Shown in pieces: positions 9,964-19,790 of a DNA stretch of 41,961 nucleotides. Every line of letters begins with the position of its first letter. The first letter of the stretch is position 1. Where the stretch lies: the IMG/VR virus record IMGVR_UViG_2695420685_000011. One strand, given 5' to 3'. The stretch is from a virus (Duplodnaviria; Heunggongvirae; Uroviricota; Caudoviricetes). Position numbers and translations under genes: made by a program. Under the pieces are notes generated by a model. It searched no databases and was not told the origin of the DNA. It worked only from the letters and a program-made list of their open reading frames with translations.

Positions 9964-12279
9964 TCAGATTTTGCAGGCTCCGTCGCACTCATCTTCTGGC
10001 TCGACGGCTACAGCTTGCGTAAGTGGATTCTTCGGTTCGTCGTCATCACGCTTTCCTGCCCCATCTCTGGTGTTGTGGTAGTAAAGCGTTTTAACTCCCA
10101 TCTTGTAGGCGAGAAGCAAATCTGACAGTAGCGTCATCATTGGGACTTTATCGCCTTCAAAGCGAGAAGGGTCATAGTTGGTATTGGCTGAAATAGCCTG
10201 GTCAAAGAACTTCTGGATGATCGCCACCTTTGTCAGATAGCCGCGGTTGTCCGGCATATTCCACAGGTATTCATACTGCTCCTTCAGTTTTTCAAACTCA
10301 GGCACGACCATCTTAACGATGCCGTCCTTAGAAGATTTCACCGACACCGGTCCACGAGGCGGTTCGATGCCGTTGGTGGAATTAGTGATCTGGCTGGAAG
10401 TCTCGCATGGCATTTGTGCCGTCAGTGTGGAGTTGCGAAGGCCGTATTTTGCAATACGCTCACGCAGTTCTTCCCACGGCATCTTTAACTCAAAGTTGGT
10501 TTCGCCGCTTTCGTCTAATGAAGAACGGTAATGGTCGATCGGCAACTGACCAATTGCGTATTTGGTCTGCTCAAACCAGTCACACTCACCTTTTGCTTCG
10601 GCAAGTCGGCAGCTGGCGTCAAGAAGGTAATACTGGACAGCTTCGAACGTTTCATGCACCAGTTTATTGCCAGCGGTATCAGAATAACGAACGCCATTCT
10701 TTGCCAGGTAATAAGCAAAGTTGGTTACACCGATTCCCAGGCTACGACGAGCTTTGGCTGGCACTTCGGCTGCCTCCATCGGATAGTCTTGATAATCCAG
10801 TAACGAATCCAGTGCAGCAACGGCATAGAATGCCACCTCTTTAAGAGACTCCAGTGAACGAATGGCTCCGAGGTTAAAAGCGGATAAAGTGCACAGCGCG
10901 ATCTCACCGTTCGGGTCGTCGGCAAATGTCAGTGGACGAGTAGGTAAAGTGATCTCCATACACAGGTTTGACTGGCGGACAGGTGCAAGAGCAGGAATGA
11001 AAGCGCCATGCTCATTAATATGATCGACGTTCGCAATATAAATTCGGCCCGTGGACGCTCGTTCCTGCATCAGAGATGAGAACAGCTCAATGGCAGGTAC
11101 TGACTTCTTGCGAATTGAATCATCGGCTTCGTATTTATGGTACAGCTTTTCAAACAGATCCTGGTCTGTGAAGAAGGCTTCGTACATATCAGGCACATCA
11201 TGCGGGCTGAACAGAGTGATGTTCTCGCTTCTGACGAGTCGACGGTACATCAGACGGTTACTCATGACGCCGTAATCAAGATGGCGAACGCGGTTTTCAT
11301 CGATACCACGGTTATTTTTCACCACCAGCAGACTTTCAACTTCAAGATGCCAAATCGGGTAAAACGCTGTTGCTGCGCCACCACGGACACCACCTTGCGA
11401 GCAAGATTTAACAGCAGTCTGGAAATGCTTCAGGAATGGAATAACTCCGGTATGGGTGGCTTCACCATTGCGGATCTCGCTGCCAAGCGCACGGATACGG
11501 CCAAAACCAATACCAATTCCAGCACGACGTGAAACGTAGTCGATAATTGCGGCTGAAGCTGCACTAATACCTTTCAGACTATCGCCAGACTCAATCAGCA
11601 CACAACTGGAGAACTGACGGGTTGGAGTACGGACGCCGGCCATGATTGGTGTGGGCAGAGACAGTTTGAACGTACTTGTAATGTCATAGAAACCTTTGAC
11701 CATCTCCATACGTGTTTTGCCCGCGCAGTCGTCTTCCCAATTCTGGAACAGACACATGCCAACCAGCATATAGATATGTTGCGGACCTTCGTGAATCTCA
11801 CCAGTAACACGGTTTTGTACGAGATATTTGCTTTGCAGCTGCACCGTAGCCGCATAGCCAAAAAGATCGTCACGTTTAGGCTTAATGTAATTGCCGAGTT
11901 CTTCGATCTCTTCAAACGAATAATGTGTCAGCAAATCCTTGTCATAAACGCCCTTGTTAACGTTCTTGACAATGTGTTGGTAGAAGTTCGGATAGTCGTA
12001 ACGACCGAAGGCATCTTTGCGGATTTTAAAAATGTTCAGGCGGGCAGCCACCTGTGAGTAATTTGGTGCTTCCGGTGAGATCAAATCAGCGGCAGATTTA
12101 ACCAAAGCCTCATGCAACTGGCTGGTGGTCATCCCATCAAAAATGCTGGCCGCAGCTCCCATTGCTACAGCGGATGCGCTTACGCCACGAATGCCTTCTA
12201 CGCCATACATTACGACGCGGTTGTATTTTTCTTCGGATAACGGCTCTGTTTGGCCGTTACGTTTTACGATGCTTATCAT
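9964..12279 (-). CDS. nrdA: ribonucleotide reductase large subunit (class Ia NrdA-like)
   Basis: 771 aa with ATP-cone N-terminus, catalytic-cysteine context and C-terminal CDGACKI tail typical of NrdA. Confidence 0.95.
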   Translation of the reverse strand: MISIVKRNGQTEPLSEEKYNRVVMYGVEGIRGVSASAVAMGAAASIFDGMTTSQLHEALVKSAADLISPEAPNYSQVAARLNIFKIRKDAFGRYDYPNFYQHIVKNVNKGVYDKDLLTHYSFEEIEELGNYIKPKRDDLFGYAATVQLQSKYLVQNRVTGEIHEGPQHIYMLVGMCLFQNWEDDCAGKTRMEMVKGFYDITSTFKLSLPTPIMAGVRTPTRQFSSCVLIESGDSLKGISAASAAIIDYVSRRAGIGIGFGRIRALGSEIRNGEATHTGVIPFLKHFQTAVKSCSQGGVRGGAATAFYPIWHLEVESLLVVKNNRGIDENRVRHLDYGVMSNRLMYRRLVRSENITLFSPHDVPDMYEAFFTDQDLFEKLYHKYEADDSIRKKSVPAIELFSSLMQERASTGRIYIANVDHINEHGAFIPALAPVRQSNLCMEITLPTRPLTFADDPNGEIALCTLSAFNLGAIRSLESLKEVAFYAVAALDSLLDYQDYPMEAAEVPAKARRSLGIGVTNFAYYLAKNGVRYSDTAGNKLVHETFEAVQYYLLDASCRLAEAKGECDWFEQTKYAIGQLPIDHYRSSLDESGETNFELKMPWEELRERIAKYGLRNSTLTAQMPCETSSQITNSTNGIEPPRGPVSVKSSKDGIVKMVVPEFEKLKEQYEYLWNMPDNRGYLTKVAIIQKFFDQAISANTNYDPSRFEGDKVPMMTLLSDLLLAYKMGVKTLYYHNTRDGAGKRDDDEPKNPLTQAVAVEPEDECDGACKI

Positions 12280-12296
12280 GTATCACCAAATAAAGA

Positions 12297-12318
12297 GGGC
12301 CACTAAATATAGTGGCCC
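12297..12318 (-). terminator. hairpin between the resolvase gene and nrdA
   Basis: GGGCCACTAAATATAGTGGCCC followed on the minus strand by TCTTTATTT. Confidence 0.5.
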
Positions 12319-12352
12319 ATGTTAATAGATAAGCACTTACCTATCAATGAAA

Positions 12353-12922
12353 TCAAATGAGAGACTTAAGAACATCGCGCACCTGGCGGAACTGATCTGT
12401 TTGCATACCGGTATGGATGGCAGCCACCGCATCAGCCAAATGTTCGTTTTTGTTCACGAGAACATCCTGTCCAGATTGCTTACGACGCAGCCACGGTGCT
12501 TTAGGGTGTTTTTTCGTAGCCCACTGGATAATCTCTTCTTTCGATGTAGTAAGTTTATTGCCGACAAAATGCTTAATTTCGTTTGGAGTAACCTGGATCA
12601 ATGGCTTATCCACACACGCAAGTACACCGATACAAATACCGTAAGACGTCTGCGAACGAGAGTTTTGGCTCCCAACCGGTAGCTCACAAAAAACCATATT
12701 TGCCTTATCAATGATTGGTTTCGCAACACGCCATATTTCACTGGCGCGGCGCAGATCGTCACTGTTCACACGAACGGTCTTTTTGTTACTCCCCGCTTTA
12801 GTCTCAACAAGAGTAAGGCCGTGAATCTCAAGTTCGTCCGTTTCAAGGTCTAAAGTGCCCACAGCAAGCCCAAAGTTGCTCATAGAGGGATCAACACCAA
12901 CTACGCTGATTTTTTTACTCAT
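12353..12922 (-). CDS. RuvC-like Holliday junction resolvase
   Basis: N-terminal ISVVGVDPSMSNFGLAV, central FCELPVGSQN and C-terminal HLADAVAAIHTG resemble the RuvC fold; AAGGAG SD. Confidence 0.7.
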   Translation of the reverse strand: MSKKISVVGVDPSMSNFGLAVGTLDLETDELEIHGLTLVETKAGSNKKTVRVNSDDLRRASEIWRVAKPIIDKANMVFCELPVGSQNSRSQTSYGICIGVLACVDKPLIQVTPNEIKHFVGNKLTTSKEEIIQWATKKHPKAPWLRRKQSGQDVLVNKNEHLADAVAAIHTGMQTDQFRQVRDVLKSLI

Positions 12923-12931
12923 ATAGTCTCC

Positions 12932-13675
12932 TTACCATGTTCCCCATATAGGGTTTTCCAATAATCTCGCCTCCAACGAATTGGCTACTATTGCCGTTTG
13001 CAACGTTGGTTGGGGATAGTTTGCAAAGTCTGAATACTCATTTACCTGCGTGACACGTTTATCTACAGCATGTTTAACGCCACTTGCTATGAAATGACGC
13101 ATGATGCCCAACAGCCTCCGACTGTCTGCACTATCGTTTGCTAAAACATGAGGGAGCTGAAGTTCGATTTCTACCATTTCTCCATACTTACCAACAAACT
13201 GTAGTTTGTCCGCACTGTACTTTTTATCCCTCCTTTGGATAAGGAAACCAGTAAAAGCATCACCTGGCGATGCCAAACTATCCACCCGCTTATTGGCAAG
13301 TCGAATAAGGTTCGTGAAAGCCATACAGAGATGCGCATCCATTGCCCCAAAGAACCCTTCGCTATTAATGTTAAGATCTTCAGTTTCATGGGATGCAATA
13401 AACCCAGGCCCGACGTTGGGAAGATATCCCCCCTCAACAAAAGGATTAATCAGGATCGGCGCAATACATCCAGGTGGTAGTGATTTCAAACTTTGCATCA
13501 ATGGTGTCTCGGATATTAGACCAAGCAACGGGGCGAATTGTGCTTTGTCAATATTATTGCTGCCCCACAGAATACGTGGAGCCGCACCATTGGAAGTATG
13601 CCCATTGATCAGTTTTATCGACTGCATCACCGCAAACACCTGCAAAAACTGCGAGCGGCTTAATTTAAACGACAT
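12932..13675 (-). CDS. hypothetical protein
   Basis: ORF between the resolvase and SbcC-like genes; start overlaps the SbcC stop; no motifs recognised. Confidence 0.6.
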   Translation of the reverse strand: MSFKLSRSQFLQVFAVMQSIKLINGHTSNGAAPRILWGSNNIDKAQFAPLLGLISETPLMQSLKSLPPGCIAPILINPFVEGGYLPNVGPGFIASHETEDLNINSEGFFGAMDAHLCMAFTNLIRLANKRVDSLASPGDAFTGFLIQRRDKKYSADKLQFVGKYGEMVEIELQLPHVLANDSADSRRLLGIMRHFIASGVKHAVDKRVTQVNEYSDFANYPQPTLQTAIVANSLEARLLENPIWGTW

Positions 13676-15581
13676 AGCTGCGCCCCTCTTTAACTTCCAG
13701 AGTAATAGTTTCGCGGAACCATGACTTCATCTCTTTATGGGAGATAATCAGCACAGTGCCCCGTTCGCGAGCTTTGGACTCCAGAATACCCATGAGGCGT
13801 TCAAGACCGGCTGTATCGAGTGCATCGTCAATTTCGTCGCCGATAAACAAATCGATGTTTTTACTCGCCCGGTTACTGACCAGATCTTGCAATGCCAAAG
13901 AACACGCAATGCGAACCTTCCGCTTCTCACCACCAGAGAGGGTCTGGAACGACTTACTTGAACCTTTCTTCTGCACACTAATGTTGAATTTGTCGCGATA
14001 CTCACCTTTTTTAGTGACATCCATCGTCGACCACTCAGCAGTAATATTCCCGTCAGACAACGTATTGAGATACTCGGCTGTGCGTGTATTCAGGAAAGGC
14101 GTAACAGAGGTCAAAATATGAGAACGCACCCCGGCAGGAGAGTAGACCTGACGAGCTTTTTCCAATAGCAACGTTTGTTCCTGAATAGCCTTCAACTCAT
14201 CTTTTAAGGACTTGAAGGTAGACTTACTGGATACCAGGTTATCTTCGTGTCTGGCGATAAGAGCAATAAACGGATTAATCTCTTTTGATATACGATCGAC
14301 CTCAGTACGAGCACGAGTAACAAGAGACTCAATAGCAACAACCTCCTTCTCACGATGACGCAAAGATGAGAGTTGTTTAGTAAGTTCTTCAATCCGGGCA
14401 ATGATAGCCGTTACATCAGGTGTCGTTTTAACAAGGGCAGACTCAATGCTTAACGCCTTCTCAAGATTCGTTTTGTGTTTAGCCATTGCCTCTGCAAGTG
14501 TCTTCGCCTGACCAATTTCCTGACGTGCTTGTTCAATGAAATTCTCCTTCACCGTTGATAGATCTTCTTCGCAGTAGGCTTTGCCACAAGTAGGGCATGG
14601 TGATCCTACTTTAGTACCAACCTCTTCTGCTTTGGTCTTAAAATTGCGCGCGCGGCTCATTGCATCAGCCTGACTATTTTCTGTAGCTTTGATGCTTGCC
14701 CGAATATCAGTTATCGCACCACGCACTTTGAGCAACTTGGCGTCATGTTCTTCTTTTGAGGCTAACTTTTTGCGCTCACTTTCGATTGCCTTCTCGGTAT
14801 CACGGATCTGTTCGGGAAGAGTGCGGATCTCAAGTTCAACTTCCGTTAACTCAACTTCGGCACTTGCCAGCCCGGCCAGGGCATCGTCATAACGTTTAGA
14901 ACGCTCTTGTTCCCATGATTCAGAGGAGGCTTTCGCGGACTCAATTTCTGACTGTGTTGCCTCAATGGTCGAGATTGTCGACTCCAATTTGGTTTTAACC
15001 ACGTCCATACGTGCGGCAGCTGCGTTAGCTCGTTCACGAGCAATAGCGTAGGCGCGTGTCAGTCTGTCAACGCCAGCGGCTTCTTCTACGATGGTTTTGA
15101 GGTTTTTGTCGGACATTCCAGGTAGATCTGGCATAGCTTCTTGGCTTGCATAGATGGAAGCCATGAAAACCTCTTTAGATGCACCGATCAGACGTTCGAC
15201 GAACTCTTGCGTCAGCGCATCTTTGCCTTTCGTCATATCGCCGTCTTCACCACGAACGATAAGCCGATTTTTGAACTCTTTGTGTTTACGGTGACGAATG
15301 ATCGCATATCTCTTGCCTTCATCCTCGATGGTTACTGCAACACGACAGTTCTTTTCATGGTCGGTAGACAACACATCGTCACCATTCACACCATGAGCTG
15401 TTTCGCCATAAAGACACCACATCAGGCTATTCATTAGCGTTGACTTTCCAGAGCCATTACTTGATGCGGAGCTATCATCACTATTAACACCCTGAATGAG
15501 CACTAAACCACGCTGCTCTAACTCGACCTCCGCGCTGGCGATAGCCATAAAATTCTCAACCTGGAGCTTTAAAAACTTCAT
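13665..15581 (-). CDS. sbcC: SbcC/Rad50-like recombination ATPase
   Basis: Walker A NGSGKST, central coiled coil with CPTCGK zinc hook, signature LSGGEKR and Walker B DEIDD. Confidence 0.9.
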   Translation of the reverse strand: MKFLKLQVENFMAIASAEVELEQRGLVLIQGVNSDDSSASSNGSGKSTLMNSLMWCLYGETAHGVNGDDVLSTDHEKNCRVAVTIEDEGKRYAIIRHRKHKEFKNRLIVRGEDGDMTKGKDALTQEFVERLIGASKEVFMASIYASQEAMPDLPGMSDKNLKTIVEEAAGVDRLTRAYAIARERANAAAARMDVVKTKLESTISTIEATQSEIESAKASSESWEQERSKRYDDALAGLASAEVELTEVELEIRTLPEQIRDTEKAIESERKKLASKEEHDAKLLKVRGAITDIRASIKATENSQADAMSRARNFKTKAEEVGTKVGSPCPTCGKAYCEEDLSTVKENFIEQARQEIGQAKTLAEAMAKHKTNLEKALSIESALVKTTPDVTAIIARIEELTKQLSSLRHREKEVVAIESLVTRARTEVDRISKEINPFIALIARHEDNLVSSKSTFKSLKDELKAIQEQTLLLEKARQVYSPAGVRSHILTSVTPFLNTRTAEYLNTLSDGNITAEWSTMDVTKKGEYRDKFNISVQKKGSSKSFQTLSGGEKRKVRIACSLALQDLVSNRASKNIDLFIGDEIDDALDTAGLERLMGILESKARERGTVLIISHKEMKSWFRETITLEVKEGRSYVV

Positions 15582-15769
15582 ATAACACCTTTGATACCGT
15601 GTGTTAGCTTTTGACCTTCTTTCAATCTGAACTCCGTATGCGCCGGGAAGGATCTGCGCCTCAATATGCCTTTTCTGGTTAACCTTCCAAGATAAAACGC
15701 TACGGGATTTCCTTGTGGCGGGTAGGGCTTGTGAAACATCACCGTCTGGCCTCGTTCAAGTCTTTTCAT
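15578..15769 (-). CDS. hypothetical small protein (uncertain)
   Basis: Short ORF in the GC-richer spacer between the sbcD and sbcC homologs; its stop overlaps the sbcC start (ATGA); no SD. Confidence 0.25.
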   Translation of the reverse strand: MKRLERGQTVMFHKPYPPQGNPVAFYLGRLTRKGILRRRSFPAHTEFRLKEGQKLTHGIKGVI

Positions 15770-15810
15770 CGTGATGGCAAAGTCTCGAAAGCTCCCATAA
15801 CGACTTTGCC

Positions 15811-16896
15811 TCACACAGCCTCCGAACTCTCCGCTTCGGTGAGGATTTCCTGACACAAAATATCCAACTTGCTCAGATCAAATCCGCCGTCAGTATCGTG
15901 GACAATCTTGCAATAAGCGGATACCGACTCTCCCAAGCTATCGATTTTGCTGGTTTCCGTTGTGCTTGCTGTCCCTTCCATCATTGATGACTTACGGATG
16001 AAGTTGCACACGACACCTTTTGCACCCATTGTTTTGAGGATGTTCTGGTACTTAATGCCTTCTTCATCGTTCTCAATTACGGCGCGGAAACGCACGTAGT
16101 TGCCGCGAATTTGGTCATCGGCAACATAATCTTCCAGGTTAATGAATTTAGGCGCACTGGTTTCGTAGTGACTGAAACTGCCGTCCGGGTTTACGATCAT
16201 GTAACCAGCCAGAGATCCAACATCTCCCCAATTTTGATGGGTCAGCGCACCGACACTGATAACTCCAGGAATGACCTCTTTGTGGTTGTGGTAATGCCCA
16301 CTAAGCACGAGACGAAAGCCGATATCCTTTAACTCCTGCGCATCGATACCGACGTCAGGCATTGTTGGAATGGCTTTGTTAATGGATGTATGGATAACAA
16401 CGTCATGATTATCACCTTCTACGATCTTACGTAATGCTTTCAGATCGCTGATAAGCTCTGCATGATTGTTACGCCAGCTAATCAGGTGGACAGTCACATC
16501 ACCAATTTTTATTGAATGTGGGCGCTTGCCACATACGATTACCACGCCGATAGAACTCAGCGATGCTGCTGCGTTGGCGCTATATACTGAATCGTTGGTT
16601 TCAAGATCGTGATTACCGGCCAGCATTACTACTGTCAGATCAAGCTCGTTGATAATCCACTTGTACGTTTCAGTTACGTAATGCAAAACAGAAGGGGACA
16701 CAGTCCCTCGGACGTGAAATGTATCACCGGCAACCAACATGTACTTACAACCGGCCTTCTTCATGGCGATGGCTGCTTCTTTCGTTGCTTCCAACTGTAT
16801 TTCAAGTCTGGAGTTAAGCCCCTCAGCGTTCGTCGTGGAGAACGCATCCCATTTGTGGTAGTGGCAGTCAGAAATGACGCCGTATGGCAAAGTCAT
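15811..16896 (-). CDS. sbcD: SbcD/Mre11-like nuclease
   Basis: Calcineurin-like phosphoesterase motifs (DCHYH, GDTFH, GNHD, HYHNH); conserved AAAGGAAAAACAC leader. Confidence 0.9.
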   Translation of the reverse strand: MTLPYGVISDCHYHKWDAFSTTNAEGLNSRLEIQLEATKEAAIAMKKAGCKYMLVAGDTFHVRGTVSPSVLHYVTETYKWIINELDLTVVMLAGNHDLETNDSVYSANAAASLSSIGVVIVCGKRPHSIKIGDVTVHLISWRNNHAELISDLKALRKIVEGDNHDVVIHTSINKAIPTMPDVGIDAQELKDIGFRLVLSGHYHNHKEVIPGVISVGALTHQNWGDVGSLAGYMIVNPDGSFSHYETSAPKFINLEDYVADDQIRGNYVRFRAVIENDEEGIKYQNILKTMGAKGVVCNFIRKSSMMEGTASTTETSKIDSLGESVSAYCKIVHDTDGGFDLSKLDILCQEILTEAESSEAV

Positions 16897-17150
16897 GTGT
16901 TTTTCCTTTGTGGTTATTTTGATACAAATTTTAAGAGCAATGAGAAGGTAAACAACTATGCATAACGGTATGTTAGGAATGAAACGAGCGACTTAATATA
17001 CAAAATTTATAAGTAAGTATATACCTATTTATTGTGACGCAACTTTGCTTGTCTGTATGACTAAAAATAAGACAGGATCACTGTAGAACGCTATGAGAGC
17101 TATTTTGAGGAGGCGTAGATTCTATCTACGCCAATATGCGATCTGGAGGG

Positions 17151-17795
17151 TTACAGCGCGTCAGTGGGCTTTTTACGCGCTGCGTTTATGCTTATGACGC
17201 CAGCTTTTGGACGTGGGTCAACAAGGTTAAGCTCTTCTTCACTGTGGTATTCGAGGTCGAACTCACGTTTTACATGTCTGATGTAGATTGCGGTGAGCTG
17301 GCTATCTTTGGTCAGGAAGTGTCCGTAGGATTTACGGATCACTTCTTCTACCTTTTCGAGTTTCTCACCACCCATACAGAGATGATTAAACCGGCTGTGT
17401 TTACGCAACATTTCGTCTACTGGACCTGAGTAAATTTTGTCTACTTTCCCAAAACGGATGATTTTCCCTGTGTCTGCGGATACAAGGCAAATCAGCTTGT
17501 CTGGTGATAAACGATCTCGCCACGTCACACCTGAACGGAGTGTGTTGAAGTAGGGGGCATCCAATCCGATGATCGGTTTACGAAATGCGAGCAATGGAAC
17601 GTACCTGATGCAACTGTTTAAATGAAAATTCACACCAGCCTTATCAAGTTTAATTCTGGTTTCGTAGATCGGGCACTTCGCCGCTATACCGCAGATGTCA
17701 CAAAGCAACTTCTGCTTATTCAGGTTGGAATTTGATTCGATAGTGTAGGAGCCGTCTTCAAGACGACGAACCCAGCGCGGGCGTTTTAGATCCAT
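17151..17795 (-). CDS. hypothetical protein (Cys-containing)
   Basis: ORF from track; CDICG..KCP cysteine pair near the N-terminus; function unknown. Confidence 0.55.
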   Translation of the reverse strand: MDLKRPRWVRRLEDGSYTIESNSNLNKQKLLCDICGIAAKCPIYETRIKLDKAGVNFHLNSCIRYVPLLAFRKPIIGLDAPYFNTLRSGVTWRDRLSPDKLICLVSADTGKIIRFGKVDKIYSGPVDEMLRKHSRFNHLCMGGEKLEKVEEVIRKSYGHFLTKDSQLTAIYIRHVKREFDLEYHSEEELNLVDPRPKAGVISINAARKKPTDAL

Positions 17796-17881
17796 ATGTC
17801 ATTTTTCTGTGATTGTTAGCCGAGGCAACGATAACCCACTAGGTGCGCCGAAGGTAGTAAATGCCTGTTTTAATTATTCAC

Positions 17882-17890
17882 ATATCCACA
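17882..17890. promoter_or_regulatory. DnaA-box-like sequence ATATCCACA
   Basis: 8 of 9 match to TTATCCACA, directly upstream of the GATC cluster and iterons. Confidence 0.4.
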
Positions 17891-17895
17891 GGATA

Positions 17896-17954
17896 GATCC
17901 TAATAAAGAGATCCATAGATAGATCCTTGTATAGATCAAATAAGATCCCCGATC
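17896..17954. other. origin-associated cluster of six GATC sites
   Basis: GATC at 17896, 17910, 17922, 17934, 17944 and 17951 within AGATCC-type short repeats. Confidence 0.6.
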
Positions 17955-17994
17955 GCTGTAAGCCGCGCCACGACTGGTCTGAAGCCATGTTCAT

Positions 17995-18096
17995 GTATGC
18001 TGCCAGCGGTAATTGATAGTCTGTCAACGGTTCGCCGTATGCTGCCAACTGTTTTTGGTATGCTGCCAGCGGCAAATCAAGTATGCTGTCAGCGGT
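17995..18096 (+). repeat. iteron array upstream of rep (4 copies)
   Basis: 16-bp direct repeats at 17995, 18037 (degenerate), 18058 and 18081; consensus RTATGCTRYSAGCGGT. Confidence 0.8.
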
Positions 18097-18116
18097 TGAA
18101 TGACAAAGGTGTCCAC

Positions 18117-19211
18117 ATGTCCACAAAAAATAAAAAAGGTAAAAATAACAAAGAAGTAGAAGATAATCTCGACAACTTTGAAGAAGGTTCCCTTGAATTG
18201 TACACAGGGGAACTTGTCCCTAATAGCAACAATACAGTCCAACCAATTGCGTTGATGCGGCTGGGGTTGTTCGTGCCCACGCTCAAGGGGACAAAATACA
18301 GCAAGCGTAACAAGCCAAATGAGATCGATGCTTCAAAGGAGCTTGTTCAGCTCGAAGTAGCCCGTTCTGAAGGCTATTCCGATATCAAGATAACCGGTCC
18401 TCGTCTCGACATGGATCATGATTTCAAAACGTGGGTGGGCGTTGTGCGTTCGCTGGCAGAATACGGCGAACCTAACGGTCGTGTCGAGTTAAGCATCACG
18501 AAATTTGCGAAGTTTTGTGGCTATCCATCGTCACAGATCCGCAAAACACTCCGCGACCGGCTTACAAACAGTCTTTTGAAGATCATGCGTACAACTCTGT
18601 CTTTCCAGAGAACGTATGAAGAAAAGAACGTCGACGGCTCTAACAAGATCTCGCTTCTGATGGTGCACCTCATCAATAGCGTGGACTACAACGAGCAGAA
18701 AGATACGGTGGTGTTCTATGCAGAACCGAAGCTGGCCGAACTATATCGCTTTGACCATAAGGTTCTTTTGCAGTTAAAGGTTATCAATAAGCTACCACGC
18801 AAAGAAACAGCACAGGCTCTGTACACCTTCATCGAAAGTCTTCCAACCAAGCCTGCGCCGGTATCGCTTGCTCGATTGCGTGCGCGACTCAATTTGAGTA
18901 GCAGGAATGTCAGCTCGCAGAATCAGACTATACGTAACGGCTTAAAAGCTCTCCAAGATTTGGGCTATCTCGAATACAGCGAGATTAAGCGTGGGCGGTC
19001 GATCTATATCCAGATTCACAGCCGCAATCCAAAACTCAAAGTCGCACCGCCAAAACCTGAAGACATCGAACCCAAAAAACCAGATGAGAAAGCTGGGGAA
19101 ATTGATGCCAAACAGAACATTATCAACAAGATAACCGAACTTTCGCAGAATTTGACGCCTGAAAATATCAAGATGATTGAGATCCTTTCCAATAGTCTCA
19201 AACTGCTTTGA
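18117..19211 (+). CDS. repA: iteron-binding replication initiator (RepA-like)
   Basis: Flanked on both sides by direct-repeat iterons; N-terminal NSNNTVQP..ALMRLG stretch matches my recollection of P1/RepFIB RepA. Start set to the ATG at 18117 with AAAGGTG SD; the track ORF start at 17997 lies inside the iterons. Confidence 0.7.
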   Translation: MSTKNKKGKNNKEVEDNLDNFEEGSLELYTGELVPNSNNTVQPIALMRLGLFVPTLKGTKYSKRNKPNEIDASKELVQLEVARSEGYSDIKITGPRLDMDHDFKTWVGVVRSLAEYGEPNGRVELSITKFAKFCGYPSSQIRKTLRDRLTNSLLKIMRTTLSFQRTYEEKNVDGSNKISLLMVHLINSVDYNEQKDTVVFYAEPKLAELYRFDHKVLLQLKVINKLPRKETAQALYTFIESLPTKPAPVSLARLRARLNLSSRNVSSQNQTIRNGLKALQDLGYLEYSEIKRGRSIYIQIHSRNPKLKVAPPKPEDIEPKKPDEKAGEIDAKQNIINKITELSQNLTPENIKMIEILSNSLKLL

Positions 19212-19328
19212 TATGCTGTCAGCGGTGAAATGTATGCTATCAGCGGCTATTTTTCTGAAAAGTATGCTGTGAACGGTTAAAGATATGCTACCAGCGGTAT
19301 AGTGAGATGAACGTATGCTGTGAGCGGT
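19211..19328 (+). repeat. iteron array downstream of rep (5 copies)
   Basis: 16-bp repeats at 19211, 19232, 19262, 19283 and 19313, spaced 21 or 30 bp apart. Confidence 0.8.
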
Positions 19329-19488
19329 AAATCATCTATCACCACTCAATGCTCTGTCATACCTCCCCAGTGGTTACTAACCTCGAAGAGTGCATTCCAT
19401 ATAGGTTTGCGCTCACTAACATTCTATTGCTATTGCGCTGATTGCTTGTAGTGAAAGGCATTTATTGCCTGCTACTCCCTGATAGAAC

Positions 19489-19743
19489 GTATGCTGTCAG
19501 CGGTGTTTTATTGAGGAATTTTTGTTTGGATATGCTATCAGCGGTAATTAATGGCATATGTCAGACATTCGTATGCTGCCAGCGGTAATTTTGTTCTGGT
19601 TATACCCATACCGGTACACATTATTCATGCAATGTCTTAAGTATGCTGCCAGCGGTAAAAAATCGAGTAAAGTATGCTGTGAGCGGTGAGATAGACTCTC
19701 GATATGCTATCAGCGGTAGTTGATTGTGTATGCTGTCAGCGGT
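19489..19743 (+). repeat. second downstream iteron array (7 copies)
   Basis: 16-bp repeats at 19489, 19530, 19571, 19641, 19672, 19702 and 19728, all in the same orientation. Confidence 0.8.
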
Positions 19744-19790
19744 GACGACTATGAAATATGACTGCGGAACGTGCCGCAGTCAGTTTGCAT

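Noticed and set aside
6494-12279. Looked for group I introns or homing-endonuclease insertions in thyA, nrdB and nrdA, as in T4
   Set aside because: All three reading frames are continuous with conserved motifs in the expected order; the extra length in thyA is in-frame protein sequence, not an intron.
15811-15856. Hairpin CCTCAC..GTGAGG at the 3' end of the sbcD homolog
   Set aside because: It lies inside the coding sequence and has no T-run, so it was not called a terminator.
17878-18313. Minus-strand ORFs 17878-18126, 18024-18242 and 18089-18313, and the long N-terminal extension of the rep ORF (start 17997)
   Set aside because: They overlap the iteron and GATC origin region or the rep coding sequence on the opposite strand; the rep gene has a good SD before the ATG at 18117.
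17995-19743. Short direct repeats that could be mistaken for a CRISPR array
   Set aside because: Repeats are 16 bp with irregular spacing (21-70 bp), degenerate, and flank a rep gene on both sides; that is iteron organisation, not a repeat-spacer array, and no cas genes are present.
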